Assembly (NCBI GenBank): GCA_964016885.1
Contig: OZ024741.1
Location: 44,702,001 to 44,766,000, forward strand
Length of the DNA stretch: 64,000 nt
Source of the DNA: Eledone cirrhosa
Taxonomy: Eukaryota
Direction: 5' to 3'
Shown here: piece after piece, positions 1 through 15,491 of the stretch
Numbering within the stretch: the stretch's first letter is position 1
Layout of the letters: every line of letters begins with the position of its first letter
Position numbers and translations under genes: made by a program
The notes under the pieces: generated by a model
What the model was told of the DNA's origin: nothing
What the model saw: the letters and a program-made list of their open reading frames with translations, nothing else
The model's database searches: none

Positions 1-1278
1 GGAACCGGGATTGCCGAAAGCGGTGTCGGTCTACGCCGATGAAGTAACAGTAATGGTGTCGACGGCCTCGTAAATGGGGGCGATCGGCATCTTACTGGAG
101 GAGTACGAAAGGTTTACAGGGACTAAGCTGAACCGGGAAAAGTCAGTCGGTCTGCAACTCGGCACGTGGAGGGGCAAATCGATGCCCTCCGATGGCGTCG
201 TCGGGCGCAAGACGGACGGCCCGGTGAAGTTGCTCGGGGTCTGGTTCGGACCAGAGCTCTAGGTGGAGAAGAACTGGGGTGAGGTAACGAACAGGGTGTT
301 TGCACTGACCCAGAAGTGGGCCGAGTGTAAACTGTCCCTGAAAGGTCGGGCGGAGGTGGCGAACACTTATATAGCGTCCGTCATCTACTACCGCCTGACC
401 GTCGTGCCTTGCCCAAGGGAAACGCTCGCCAAAATGGAGCGCGCACTCTTCCAATTCCTTTGGAAGAAGCGGGATCCTATGGTGAGGACATCCATCTGCT
501 GTCAACAACCTTCGAAAGGAGGGCTAGGGATGCCGTGGCTGATGATGCGTAAACACGCATTAAGTGTGGGCAACCGAGTGTGCCCAGGCGCTCACGGCTC
601 TCTGGCAGGCGGACCCGGCTGTCAGTGGAGAATCCACCTCGTCATTCTATAGAGGGCATTGCCGATCTCTGGGGCTATGTCGAACGACTGCTGTCACGGG
701 TGGGACCGATCCGGTGACCACCGAGTCTATTGTAACGATCAACCGCCTCCTCTCTTCAAAAACAGAGAGGCGGTGTTTCTGTGCATAATAGCCATGGCGA
801 AAGAGGTGGTATAGTGGACGCGTGTGAAAGGACTGAGGTCAGACACCTTTCTCTCTGGCCAACAACTGGTCCGTTTCTTCCGATATCATTTCGGAAGAAG
901 GATCGGGATGGAGAGAGAGGTGCTGCACCCCAGCCGTTTCTATGAAAGACGGGTGAAAGTTGCGAGAATGGCCTGTGTGAATGGGCCTTCACTCTACATC
1001 AGACTGTAGGTGAGAAAGATGAAAGATCATGGGAGCACACTCTCTCTGTGCTCCTCAAGAGAAGGGTTGCACACTTTTTTCGGGGGGGTGTGCGACACCC
1101 CAATGCGCCCACTCCCTATTGAGGATTTTGTTTTTCAATTTATTTTTGTTATATTTTATATTTTAGATTTTTAGATTTTGTTATTGCCTCCTCCTTAGTG
1201 AGGATGCCTTTTTATGTAAAGTCCCCCCATTGTACTTGTCCCACTCTTTGATGCCCTGGTGGCAAATAAAAAGAAAGT
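1..1278 (+). mobile_element. Tx1-clade (L1 group) non-LTR retrotransposon, 3' part of ORF2 plus 3' UTR, decayed with internal deletions
   Basis: ORFs 74-262/263-652/824-1009 carry Tx1 RT C-terminal motifs (KLNREKSVGLQLGTW, KLSLKGRAEVAN, GGLGMP). They are homologous to copies at 19.5-25, 33-38.7 and 54-59.5 kb. Ends GCCCTGGTGGCAAATAAAAAGAAAG (AATAAA 1265-1270) before (TA)n. Confidence 0.92.
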
Positions 1279-1673
<395 letters not shown>

Positions 1674-1702
1674 AAAGAATAGAGGTGTAACACACAAGTT
1701 AT

Positions 1703-2210
1703 TATATATTGGTAAACGGAATAGAAAATGCTGACAAATTGTTCACAGTTGAAACATGGTTTAATTGGGAATAAAAGAGTATTAGTAATTGTATGTGTTA
1801 GTATTCAGTTGTGGTTTTAAGTTTTTAAGATTTTATCGGTTGCGCATTTCTAAATGCTTTTCAAAAATAATTTTGAGATAGAGTGTCCGTGTTGTTTGCT
1901 CTGATCTGATTAGTTTTGGGAATTCTACCTGTTATTGTGTTTACAAAGTGGCTCCAGCGCTACTTTGGTGTTGCAAAAACTCTTGTGGTCAAAACAATTT
2001 TGATTGGTCGGTAGAGGTCATGTGAATGTAAAAAATTGATTTTGCGCCAAGACTGAGAAATGACACTTTCACAACAAATATGTGTGTGTGTGTGTGTAGT
2101 AGTAGTAGTAAAGTGTTCGATGTTGTGATAATGGTTAGCAGGGATGTGTGTCAAATGGCTATTAACATAAGTGTGTGTGTGTGTGTGCGTATATATAGCA
2201 GAGTAATTCA
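1703..2210 (-). repeat. Diverged extra copy of the 3' terminal region of the adjacent Penelope-like element
   Basis: Aligns colinearly with 2341-2880 (shared GGTTGCGCATTTCTAA..TGCTTTTCAAAAATAATTTTGAGATAGAG); both copies start at TA runs. Confidence 0.75.
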
Positions 2211-2259
2211 TATAGATATATATGTACAAATATATATATATATGTATGTATATATATCT

Positions 2260-2340
<81 letters not shown>

Positions 2341-2346
<6 letters not shown>

Positions 2347-4538
2347 TAACAGGAAAAGAAAATGGTGACAAATTGTTCCCAGTGAAAAATAGTTTAGTTA
2401 GGAATAAAAAAAAATTAGTAATAGTATTGGTTAGTATTCAGTTTTGGTTTTAAGTTTTCCCGGTTGCGCATTTCTAATGCTTTTCAAAAATAATTTTGAG
2501 ATAGAGCGCCCGTGATGTTTGCTCTAATCTGATTAGTTTTGGGTATTCTACCTGTTTTATGTAAAAAAAAGTGGCTGCAGATGTATGAAAAAATTATTGT
2601 GGTCAAAACAATTCTGATTGGTGTAGAGGTCATGTGAATGTTAAAAATTGATTTTGCGCCAAATGTAGGTTTGTCTCGGCTGATTGAGAAGTCACTGAAA
2701 AATAAGTCTTTCAACACAAATATGTGTGTGTGTGTGTGTGTGTGTAGTAGTAGTAAAGAGGTTCGTTGTTGTGATAATGGTCAGCAGGGATGTGTGTGCG
2801 AACCGCAGCCTGTTGACAGTTCAAATGCCTATTAAAACAAATGTGTGTGTGGTGTGTGTGTGTGTGTAGCAGAGTAATTCGTGGTAGAGGGATGGTCAGT
2901 AGGAATGTGTCTGTACGTGTGTGGGGGATATTTTAACATGTTAAAAGATATTGTTGAGCTCATGTCTTATACGGAGAAGTGTGTGTGTGTGTATATGTCT
3001 CTTTGTATGTGTGTGTGTATATATGTGTGTGTGTATATATGTCTGTGTGTATGTGTGTGTGTGTGTGAATTTGTGTATGTGTGTGGGGGACCAGTATTTT
3101 TGTGATACTGGTAAAAATGGTGTACATTATTCGATATTTTCAGTAAAAACGATTCTCTCAATAGAACATCAACAACTTTAATAATAAAAGGTGTGAAATG
3201 ATATATAATATTGGCATAATACCAAGGTGTGTGTGAGTGTCCAGATTGTACGTACTGCAAGGGGAATCCATTAGGCCTTGCCGTATTGGAATACTTGTGT
3301 ACAAATATGTATGTGCCCATCAGTGTGCAATGCAGTGTGCGTATATGTATGTGTGTGTGTAGGCACGTTTATATCTATACACATCAAAAGGTATGCAAAT
3401 TTGTGTATATTTATGTTGCACCATAGAACATGTGTGTTTACGTATGTCATTGTGTTTATATGTGGATAGAGATGTATGCTGATGTAGGTATGTATGTTGA
3501 CGTGTGTATGTTGTGGGTTCGTCTTAGGGAGAAGTGTTTAGACGGGGTCCGTATTTGTTAATAAAGTGAGATTCCTTGCTGATGCGCTGGGTGTGGGTGG
3601 CATCATCTTTAAATTTATAGAGGGGAAAGATTCTGAAGTTGGGATGATTTGGGGCGGCACAGGTATCAATGTGTTCACTCAGTGGTATTTTCCTGTATTC
3701 CCGTATTTTAATTTGGGATCTATGGACAGTCATGCGTTGGCGGAGGGTGATTTTTGTCTGGCCTATGTATTGTTCTCGACAACCTGAGCAAGTTAATACA
3801 TATATTAGATTTTCTGATGCGCATGTGAAATTGTGTTTTACTATAAGACGTTGTTCTTCTTTGAAATAGAATTCAGAACCCTCTATTAGGTTGATGCATA
3901 TGCCACAGTTGGGTCTATCGCATTTTTTTACTGTGGGTTTCGTTGATGTGGTTGGCAGTACTTTGGCATGTGTTAGGATGTTTTTCATTGACTTAGAGTG
4001 ACTTTAGCTCTTTATGATATCGTGTATTCGTAGGATTTGGTTCATTATATGGTCCTTTTTCAACACAGGGGTGTTCTGGAGGATGGTGTCAAAGGCCTGA
4101 TTGTTGAGGGGGTTGTGTGTGGAGATGTATGGAAGAGCTTTTAGTTTCGGTCGATTTACTTTAGGGTGTCTAAGGTCCTGGGTACTGAGTTTTAGGGCAC
4201 GTTGGATTCCATTGTCAATTAGTGATGCAGGGTAGTCCCTGCCTATGAGTGTGTCCTTTATTTCTTGTAGTCGTAAGTAGCAGGTGTTTTTATTGGAGAC
4301 TATAGTACAGATTCTCTTGGCTGAGTTGTAGGGAATATTAATTTTAACGTGTCTAGGGTGGCAAGAGTTGAAAGGAAGATATTACTTGAAGTCTGTGGGC
4401 TTGTAGTATATGTCTGTTTCTATTTTTTTGTTATGAATCTTAATGAGGATGTCGAGGAAGGGGAGTTGTTGATGGCTGTATTCCATCGTGAAGTTAATAT
4501 TCGTGTTGAGCCCATTTATAAGGGTGTGAAATTCTTTA

Positions 4539-4541
<3 letters not shown>
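2341..4541 (-). mobile_element. Penelope-like element, 5'-truncated: RT thumb plus C-terminal GIY-YIG endonuclease
   Basis: 4382-4541 reads [28 protein letters not shown] (PLE RT end). ORF 3524-3988 reads CDRPNCGIC..FTCASENLIYVLTCSGCREQYIGQT..LRQRMTVH..ESHFI..LN. Truncated at (TA)n 4542. Confidence 0.9.
3524..3988 (-). pseudogene. GIY-YIG endonuclease domain of Penelope-like element
   Basis: LIY..YIGQT..R..H motif with upstream CxxxxCxxC and terminal E..FI..LN. Confidence 0.9.
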
Positions 4542-4636
<95 letters not shown>

Positions 4637-4666
4637 TACATATATATACATATATATATATATATA

Positions 4667-7600
4667 ACTTTACTTTGATAACTTTGATAACTTTGATAGT
4701 ATTGGCCCAGGCCATGTCTAACTTAATAGCACCACCTGGCGAAGTCTTACAAATCAGTATTTGGGCAACATGTCCCACTCGAGCTGATTTATTGTTTACG
4801 GAGGCATATCCGGGTGTAGGAGGCTTATCCGGAATTTCTTGAAGGAATTTATCCAAAGACTTCCTGAACTTGATGGGGTCTGTCTCTGCTTTGATGTGTT
4901 TTGGTGTAATGTTAAAGAGTGCAGGGCCAATTGAGGTGAAATAATTGTGCCGTATTGTTGTTATGTGATGCGAGTGGGATTTTTGTCCTGGGCGGATAGC
5001 ACGGGGCCCTGCCTTGGGTGTACACTAAAGATGATGCCAACATCATTTGGGCTAAGCTGATGGAATATTTTCCACATCATACAGATAATGTACCGCTCAC
5101 GTCGACGTTGAAGAGGATAAAGTTTGAGCTTTGCTAATCGACCCCAATAGTCAAGGCCTGTCATGCCAACTATCTTTTTTGTAATTGACCTTTGGGGTGC
5201 TTCAACTTTCATGATACTTTGTTTCGTGTGGGGTGACCACAGTGGACAACAGTATTCAAGGTGGGGTCGGGCAAAAGTGGAGAAGAGAAGGAGAACAGTG
5301 TGGTTATCTCTCGACTGGAAAGTTCTGAGAATCCAGGAACACATTCTGCGGGCCATATCAACTTTACTGTTTATATGAGTGGCCCAGCTTATATTGTTGT
5401 CCACAATTACTCCCAGGTCTCTGATGTTATTGGAAGCCATCAGAGTTTCACCCGAAGGAAGAGAGTATGGTAGTTTCAGAGCATCCTTTTTTCCAAAGTG
5501 GATTAGTTCAAATTTATCCTCATTCAACTGCATATTATTCATCTCTGCCCATTGGATAACAGCCAGTAGGTCTGACTGAGGGCAAGTCCGGTCAGTCACC
5601 TCATTGATGACCCTTTGGAGCTTGGAATCATCTGCGAATATCCTGATGTTACTGTGTTTGATGATGTCAGTAATGTCATTAATGTAGATGATGAAAAGAA
5701 GTGGGCCCAACACAGTGCCTTGTGGGACGCCACTGCGGACTTTGGCAGGGCTAGATTCTACTCCTTCGACTACAATATACTGCGTTCTGCCTGTCAGGAA
5801 ACATTTGATCCACTGTAGTAACCTTCCAGGGACACCAACATTGGATAGTTTTTTTCAGTAGAATCTTATGATCTACCCTGTCGAAGGCCTTGCTGAAGTC
5901 AAGGTAGATGACATCAGTGTTGGAGCCCTCTCTCAAGGCTCTCAAAACATCGTCAAAGTGATGCAGGAACTGCGTTAGGCAGTCCCTTCCATTACGGAAC
6001 CCATGTTGGTTGGAGTTCAGCAGGCCGTTGCTTTCAAGAAAGTAGGTTATTCGTGATCTCACCACCCTCTCAAATACCTTGATAATATGAGAGGTGAGTG
6101 AGATCGGACGGTAGTTCACTGCAAGGGTCTTATTTCCCTTTTTGAAGACTGGGACAACGGACTGGGACAGAAAGTTTTCAGGAATATAGCCAGTGTCCAG
6201 TGAGTTCCTCCACAGATTAGTAAGAGGAGTTGCAAGTTGGTGTCGACACACCTTCAGGACCCAAGCAGGGAACCTGTCGGGGCCTACTGCTGAATTGTGT
6301 TTAATTTCGTTTATTGCCGCTAAGACATCAGGGGCGCCAAACGTTATGTCTGATATAGTGGGTTGGGGATTAATATCACTGATACGGCCCAGATCGGCCA
6401 TATCAGGGTTGCTGACAACAGAGCAGTATTGTTTCTGCAGTATCTCGCCCATGGTTTTGGCATTGTCCTGGAGTGTGCCATTTTCATCAACTAGAGGGCC
6501 AACAGTGGAGACGGTGACCTTGTGTTTTTTAGCGAATGAGAAGAACACTTGGGGTTGAGTTTTATTTTCTCAATGGCCCACCTCTCTTCAGCTATTCTCT
6601 GGTTATTGATGATGGTCATCATGCATTGCTGGAGGTTATATTTTTTTGACTCAAGCAGGGGGATAGCCATTGAATGTGTGTGTTGCTGTTGGCAGTATTT
6701 TAGTGGGTTAATTTTTTTGTTTGTTCTTTTTATTTTTCTGATAATTATTTTTCTGTTTTGGGGGATACTGCACTTGGTTTTTTAAACAGGTTTTGGTGGG
6801 GTGTTTTGTACATATATTTGTGACAGTGTCTGCAAAGATCTGCCAAGATGTTTTGATATTGGTGGAAGTGTGTGCGTGTGTAAAAGACCAATCGACATGT
6901 GATAGTTCGTTCATAATTGCATCCCAGTTGGCATTGTAGAGATCCATGTTATCAAATGCGTGGGCTGGAAGAGGAGCCTGGGATTAGCTTTCGGCTGGTG
7001 GAATCTCAGGTTACACAGAACCATGTCATGGTCTGAGAGAATGGTTTTTTCCACTGTAATATTATGTATAGTGTTAGTTTGGTTACTAAACACTAGATCC
7101 AGAATGTTCTTCTGATGCCTCGTTGGCGCAAGGACAAGTTTTGACAAGAAAAACTCATTCATGAAGTCAAGAAGTGACTCGACAGCCTCTTTGTCAGTGG
7201 TTGAGGCTGTGGAGCCTGGTTTCAAACTACATGTAGACCAATCGACACAGGGTAGATTAAGTCTCCCATCAAAAGTATGTTGCTAGAATGGCAATGTTCG
7301 ATAAAGCATTTAATACTGTTGAGGCATTCTTCGAAACAGATTATGGGTGTTTGTGGCGGCCTATAGAGCCCAACTAATGTCAGGTCATTGGCTTTATTGT
7401 GCACAGTGACTGATTCACAGTATCCATTAGAGAATGCTGTGTTGCCATCTGCCGTAAAGGAATCATGCAGGAAAATGGCAGTTCCACCCTTCCTTCTGCC
7501 AGCACGATCCGCACGGATGGTTGTGAAATTTCTCACTCTTACTTCGGCCTCCAAGTGGGAGTTGTCAAGGTGGGTCTCAGTAAGAATGAAGAAGGGGATG

Positions 7601-7800
7601 TGAAATGGATGGTTACCAACCCAATCCTCAATGAATTGGATCTTCCATTTCTGTGCATTGATGGATGGGTTGATACCTTGTGTATTGAGTAAGAATGTCG
7701 CGGCTAGTGTGGTGGCTGGTTTTGACTGTTGCAGGAGGCTTGTTTTGTGATTGTGTGTTAGTGACAGCAAGGTTGATGTTGGGTGATGGCTAAAATGTTT
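4667..7800 (-). mobile_element. CR1-clade LINE, ORF2 (APE + RT) broken by frameshifts, inserted between (TA)n tracts
   Basis: APE 7222-7770 (LTETHL, DRAGRRKGG, LYRPP, MGD) and 6911-7225 (ILDLVF, SDH). RT 5751-6548 (YRPISLTS, QHGFR, YLDFSKAFDRV) and 4961-5713 (LGPLLF, FADD, RPHLEYCCPLWSP). 3' tail of tandem ATCAAAGTT units. Confidence 0.93.
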
Positions 7801-7823
7801 TTCTTATATATATATATATATAT

Positions 7824-9215
<1,392 letters not shown>

Positions 9216-9235
9216 ATATATATATATATATATAT

Positions 9236-9420
9236 TTGTGTATAGTGGTAGCTATGCTGATAAAATTTGCTCCGGACATTACACCCGTGTCTGAAAAAAC
9301 CCGCAGAAGTAGAATCAGCCAGATCCATACAAGGACCATGACTCGAACTACATGCCGGCGAAACATTTGTAACACAAAATAAACTAAGTCAAGATGCATC
9401 ACTGATTTTTCGTTTTCTTG

Positions 9421-9422
<2 letters not shown>
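9236..9422 (+). repeat. Short (TA)n-flanked interspersed repeat (second copy 62411-62670) with degenerate hammerhead fold; probable PLE terminal repeat
   Basis: Near-identical to 62413-62431 + 62505-62667. Motif GTGT-CTGAAAA..stem..GAAAC-ATTT-GTA-ACAC at 9287-9375. Confidence 0.7.
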
Positions 9423-9474
<52 letters not shown>

Positions 9475-9510
9475 TCACAAATATTACTATTCACAAATAT
9501 CATGTATCCC

Positions 9511-9581
9511 TATTTTATCTGACGAAAACGCAAATGTCATCTCATGATGATATTTGTTTTTGGAATGCGCATAATAAAATA
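9511..9581 (+). ncRNA. Type-I hammerhead ribozyme motif with one core substitution (GGAA for GAAA)
   Basis: Stem I TATTTTAT/ATAAAATA; CTGACGA 9519-9525; 16-position stem II with one mismatch; GGAA 9562-9565; palindromic TGCGCA; AUA triplet 9571-9573. Confidence 0.8.
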
Positions 9582-9617
9582 CATGAAACTCTTTTAACCA
9601 TCTTTTGATCTTATGTT

Positions 9618-9715
<98 letters not shown>

Positions 9716-9816
9716 ATGTTTATGTATTTGTTCAGTAAAAATCGTGAGTGATCAACAAATGCCTCGTATGTATCGTAACATGGCCCATCGCTCTACATCG
9801 AAAAACATGTAGAATA

Positions 9817-10098
<282 letters not shown>

Positions 10099-10103
<5 letters not shown>

Positions 10104-10238
10104 CATTTTACCATCGTTTCTAGGATATATATGTTAGTGTTGGTATGCATATCATATAGATCTATGTAAAATTTTTACAAACTATCAGAAGGAATATACA
10201 TACCTACACATATATATGCTGTCTTCAGAAATAATGAT
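10099..10238 (-). ncRNA. Type-I hammerhead ribozyme motif with very long stem II at the PLE 3' end
   Basis: Minus strand: ATCATTATTT-CTGAAGA(10228-10222)-~100-nt stem II-GAAAC-GATG-GTA-AAATGCTGAT; stem I pairs 9/10. Confidence 0.75.
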
Positions 10239-10683
10239 ATTTGTTTATTGAAAAAAAACAACAAAGATTTAATACAATAGGTCTGTTTGGGAACTGGTTT
10301 TGAATTGACCAATAGAAAGATAGTGAAGGTCAAGATGGTAAAATAGTAGTAATAGAGCCTTAATTTAGGGGTAGAGGAAGGTAGATTTCAGTTTTGGATG
10401 GAAAGAATATTATGAATGAAAGATTATTTTAGGGATGAAAATAGGTCATATGCTGTCTTCAGAAATAATTATATTTGTTCATTGAATAAAACCAACAAAG
10501 ATTTAATATAATAGGTCTGTTTGGGAACAGGTTTTGAATTGACCAGTAGAAAGGTGATAACTGGCCAAATGGTATAATAGTAGTAATGGAACTTTAATTT
10601 AGGGGTAGAAGAAGGCAGATTTCAGTTTTGAATGGAAGGAGTATGATGAATGAAAAGGTTATTTTAGGGGTGAAAATAGGTCA
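10214..10683. repeat. Two tandem ~235-bp repeats in the PLE 3' region
   Basis: Units start ATATGCTGTCTTCAGAAATAAT at ~10214 and ~10448 and end GAAAATAGGTC. Confidence 0.9.
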
Positions 10684-12290
10684 GGTCGGTAAAAAGTACA
10701 CGAAAAATTGCTGTTATAAAAGAATAATGCCATTGTAAATATCTAAGGAGACTAAAATTTTACGATAAAAGTGTTAGTGAAAAAATATATGGAATTTACA
10801 TCTATGAAAATAAAATAAATTAATTAAATTGATAGGTATATTTATATTGAAAAAATTATATTAATGCATATAGATATGATAAATAAGAGTTAGATGTAAT
10901 TGAAGAGTGCTATTAAAAACGAGGGGAAATAAAAAATATATATAATTATTGGGGGAGGGGTTAACATTATTAGTGAGAAATAACAAATATATAGAGATTA
11001 CAAGGAACATAGAATCATAACCTGAAATTAAAACAGTATATATGTATACTTAATGGTATCAATTTTAGGAAAAGATAGTTGTAAAAGGGAAATAAAATTA
11101 TGTAGTTCATCAGTAGTAGAATATTAATTATAGGTTAACTAAATTAAAAACAATGTTATTATAATAATTTCTAAAGTGTATATTAATTAGGTTTATAATA
11201 TTTAAAGGTCTTTCTCAGTTTATGATTACACGATATTATTAATTCCTGTCGCTTATTTAATAGGATATCCTTAGATTTCATTATTTCGAAAAGTTCTTGG
11301 GAACACAATCTACATTCATATCTATTATTTTGATAAGGGTGGCCTTTTGAGCACACTCCAGGTCAGGTCATAATCTATATTCCTCTTTCTATAATTATTA
11401 ATTATTTCAGCTAAATATGTTGTATTAGCTAATGCGACATTTTTAAAACTGTGTTTGTGGGTATTGAATCTTACTTTAAATTGGTTAGAGGTAGCTCCTA
11501 TATATGAATAAATTGAGTCCTTAGTGTTAACTTTACATTTATATACTATGTTATTAACAAGGCAATTTCCTTTTAATGGGCAATTTGCTTTGTTTCTACA
11601 GTTAAACTTTTCGTGAATCCTGTATCAGAGGAGATATTATGGTTAGTTTGATGTATTGGTGGTTTACTCATGTTTTTTTTACATTTATATGCATTATATG
11701 CACTTATATTTTGTTTTATGTTTTTGGTTGTTGAGTAGGAGAATTTAACCGTTGATCTATTTAAAAGTTGATGGTATTTGTGGTTTGGCGGGAAGTTCTT
11801 TTCTAGGATAGTAAAACATTTTTTAGGTATATTATCTTTAATTTGTAAATTAAATGGAGCATTATACCAAGTAACTCGTCTATTACGGTTTCGATGTTGT
11901 TTATTATTTTTATAGGATGTATCCTGATGTTTATTAAGAGAATTATTGTTAATGACTTCTCCACACACATTTTTAGTTAGATTCATTGATTTAGGTATTT
12001 TAGCTTGTTTATTAGGAGTTTTATTATTAACATTTATCAGAGTAGTAGGATGAATAGTTTTTTGAGAGTTACTATATTGTATATTAGAAGAGTTAGAGAT
12101 ATTTAGTTTTATGTTGGTATTTTTGGGTATAGTGTGAGTGGCATTTAGGTGTGTATGTTTCATTTGGTGTTTGTTGGTAATATTAGGTTGTATGTTTGTA
12201 GTGTTATTGGTACAAGGTATATATACTAATTTATTTGTGTGGCCACTTCTAGCTAAAGCTTCGTTATAAAAGGTCGCATTTTTATCAAAT

Positions 12291-12383
<93 letters not shown>

Positions 12384-12771
12384 ATAACTGTCATTTTTTT
12401 AATTCGTGAAACGACAGAGGAACATCAGATGTTTATTTCATGAGTTCCACTCCCGCTTAAGCATTTGTTTCAAACGGATTATATACGTATTGGTTTCGGT
12501 ATAATTTATTCTATCTATCGCAAACATTTCAGCTAATTTTCTCATGTACGTCATTCCCTGTCAATTCTAAGAATCCTGATACCGTGGTGAATCGAAGTAT
12601 ATCCGATAACACAGTTCAGATTGTTTTTATATTTATTAATTCCGGGAAAATGTCATTAAAATTTGTTTTAAATAGTGAAGGTAAACTAATAACAATACAT
12701 CCATTTCGATTATATAAACTAAGACAGAAACGAAGTAAGTAGAATATATTTAACGACAAATGTTGCTTAGA

Positions 12772-12870
12772 ACAGGCATGGCTGAGTGGTCAAGAATTTC
12801 ACCTTATAATCATGAAGACGCGAGTAAGAGTCAAATGCGGGCAAGTATTTTAACCATACTCTCTCTTCTA
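12772..12870 (+). mobile_element. Degenerate tRNA-derived SINE head (second family)
   Basis: CAGGCATGGCTGAGTGGTCAAG A-box-like start followed by GGGCAAGTATTTT; similar to 49217-49302 (-). Confidence 0.45.
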
Positions 12871-13756
12871 TATAAGCGCTGTGAGTAAAACGGGATACAT
12901 GGAAGCTCTGCGGATCCCTGTGCGACGGATTGTAACTGTAATTCAAAGATTGTAACTTTTTCCCATATTGTATTTCGCTAAGTGTGTAAATAATTATGTT
13001 AATGATCAACTTGTCACTTTCCAGATAATTGTAGTATTGGATCGAGCAACAGCATGGTTATTGTCATGATAAGTGTAGAACATAGTATTTCTATGGACCA
13101 GATGCTGGTGACTGTCAGACAATAAATTATATATTAGATGTTAAAACATAAGAGATGCAAGTTCAGTTAACAATAACAGATTTGAAGTGAGATCAATCTC
13201 TTTTATAATTTAAAGAATCGTTGTTCCATCATCCAGGCAACCCGGCACACACAAGAAATTTGATACCTATGATGCTTGGATGTTAGCTTGAAATGCTTTA
13301 TAGGTCCTTAAGATAAGGACCCTTCATCAAAAGATTAATATAAGAAACTACGTCCCAACTATATATTTGTGTCGCTCTTAAGCTGCCATTTTTTCTTTAA
13401 TTTGGAAGAGGTGTCTTTTTCCTTTCAACCATGCAATCAGGTAATGGAGATAACGTTGTTTTTGCCACGCCAAATCTATCTGATCGTATATCTATGTTAG
13501 TAATAATTTTTATTTATAAAATATTGCTGAGATAACTATTCCCTATGTATTCTTAAATAACATTCTAAATCCTTTCTGTCACGTAGTTTATGCATAATCT
13601 CTAGGATAAAATATTTGATAGGGCTATAAGGGCACCGTCAAAGGTATACAAATCTAACGGAGCACACCCATCTCCAGGTCTGGTAACAATCGATTTATTC
13701 GGGAGAAAGTGAATTATAGCACAAGGGAGGAAAGTATCAATAAGAAATACAAGAAT

Positions 13757-13895
13757 CAACCCCAGTATTGGATTGGTAGGTTATTTATCAACCTGGAAAC
13801 GATGAAAGAAATGTTGACCATGATGAGAGGTGAACTCATAACGTAGTGAGTCGGAATTAAACATTCAAAGCATGCTATCCAATGTTTCTACAAAA
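13757..13895 (-). mobile_element. Degenerate SINE related to 8890-9067
   Basis: TTTATCAACCTGGAAACGATGAAAGAAATGTTGACC..TGAACTCATAACGT..AAGCATG resembles the 8890-9067 body. Confidence 0.55.
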
Positions 13896-14532
13896 TCACA
13901 GCCGTATGCCATGGGATAAAAATTCATGACATTCTCCTCAAATATATGTTTTTAATTTTCGAAATAAAATCGCAACTTCTCCTTCTGTACAAATATATCA
14001 GAGATATAGATACATATTTATTGGTTATTGTATATATCAATTGTTTTATTTGAATGTATTTCAATCAAAGAACTGTCCGCAGAACAGAATTTTATCTTTA
14101 CAAGTATTGTTGGTATTTATATGAAAGCATCCTAAGGCTTATGGCTAGCTTTGTGAACCTGTTACGTTTTCATCAGTTAATAGCTTCCTTCCGAAATCTA
14201 GTAGAAATATGTTAACAGTTCGTTAGATATTCATCTTCAATCTTCATTTGTTATTGAGTATGGTTAAGTAGGATTGTACTGAGGTACTTATTTCCTTCCT
14301 GTTTCGTTCGTTCTCATCTCAATATGTTCAATGGCTATAAAGGTAGTTTTCTCTTAGATTATTAGACAATTTCTAGACTAATACGAAGATCCTACGACGC
14401 ACGTGCCAATATACAAACTGATAATAGATGAGAACTGCATCAGCGTGTATATAGTGATGAGAAATCGTAGATCTGAAATATCTGATATCATTTGTTTTCC
14501 CTGCTTCGAGTGAAACTTTTATTCCAGAAATA

Positions 14533-14606
14533 TAATTGTTTCTACTTTTGACACAAGGCCAGCAATTACCCAGTAGATTACTGGTACTTTATTTTATCGA
14601 CCCCGA
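14533..14606 (-). mobile_element. SINE 3' fragment
   Basis: ATTGTTTCTACTTTTGACACAAGGCCAGCAATTACCCAGT..TTTTATCGACCCCG matches 8890-8962. Confidence 0.85.
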
Positions 14607-14991
14607 AATATAATGTTAATCTCGTGCCAGTGACAAATTCTGAACTGTTGCATCATTAAACATTTGTAATAGAACCGTGTTTTCTTGTGTTGTAAGCATA
14701 CGATTTGAAAAATCGTGGCTCACATCTTGGGATAGTGGTTCTCATTCAGAGAGTTAATACAAAATAATTTGAATATGTGGTTTAACAGAGGGTGCAGGAA
14801 TGATTGTGTAGTATGAAGCAGTAGTAGTTATAAGCCATATTTACTTCCAATCATTAATAACATAAAACACGGTACACTTAAAAATAAATACGCACATGGA
14901 TATCTATGCATATGTCTATCAACATTACTATATATGCATACACTCACACATAAACGTATACACATACACACACACGCATACACACACACAC

Positions 14992-15364
<373 letters not shown>

Positions 15365-15491
15365 GAAAGCAGAAAATTGGTTATTGTGATCCAGTTCGTG
15401 GTTAAGAAAGCCAGTTTCATGGATGGTTTCAACGTACGGTTAGGGGTAACTCAACAAGTTTGTAAGAATTCCGTTCAATCTTAGAGTATGA

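Larger units (their letters stand above)
10099..12290 (-). mobile_element. Penelope-like element, probably Naiad-type, 5'-truncated (post-RT region + GIY-YIG + 3' repeat with hammerhead)
   Basis: FYNEALARSG..VTWYNAPFN..FPPNHKYHQLLNRSTVKFSYS, then (frameshifted, ~11190-11600) CRNKANCPLKGNC..IVYKCKV..YIGATSNQFKVRFNTH..CRLC..LLNKRQE..CNH. Confidence 0.88.
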
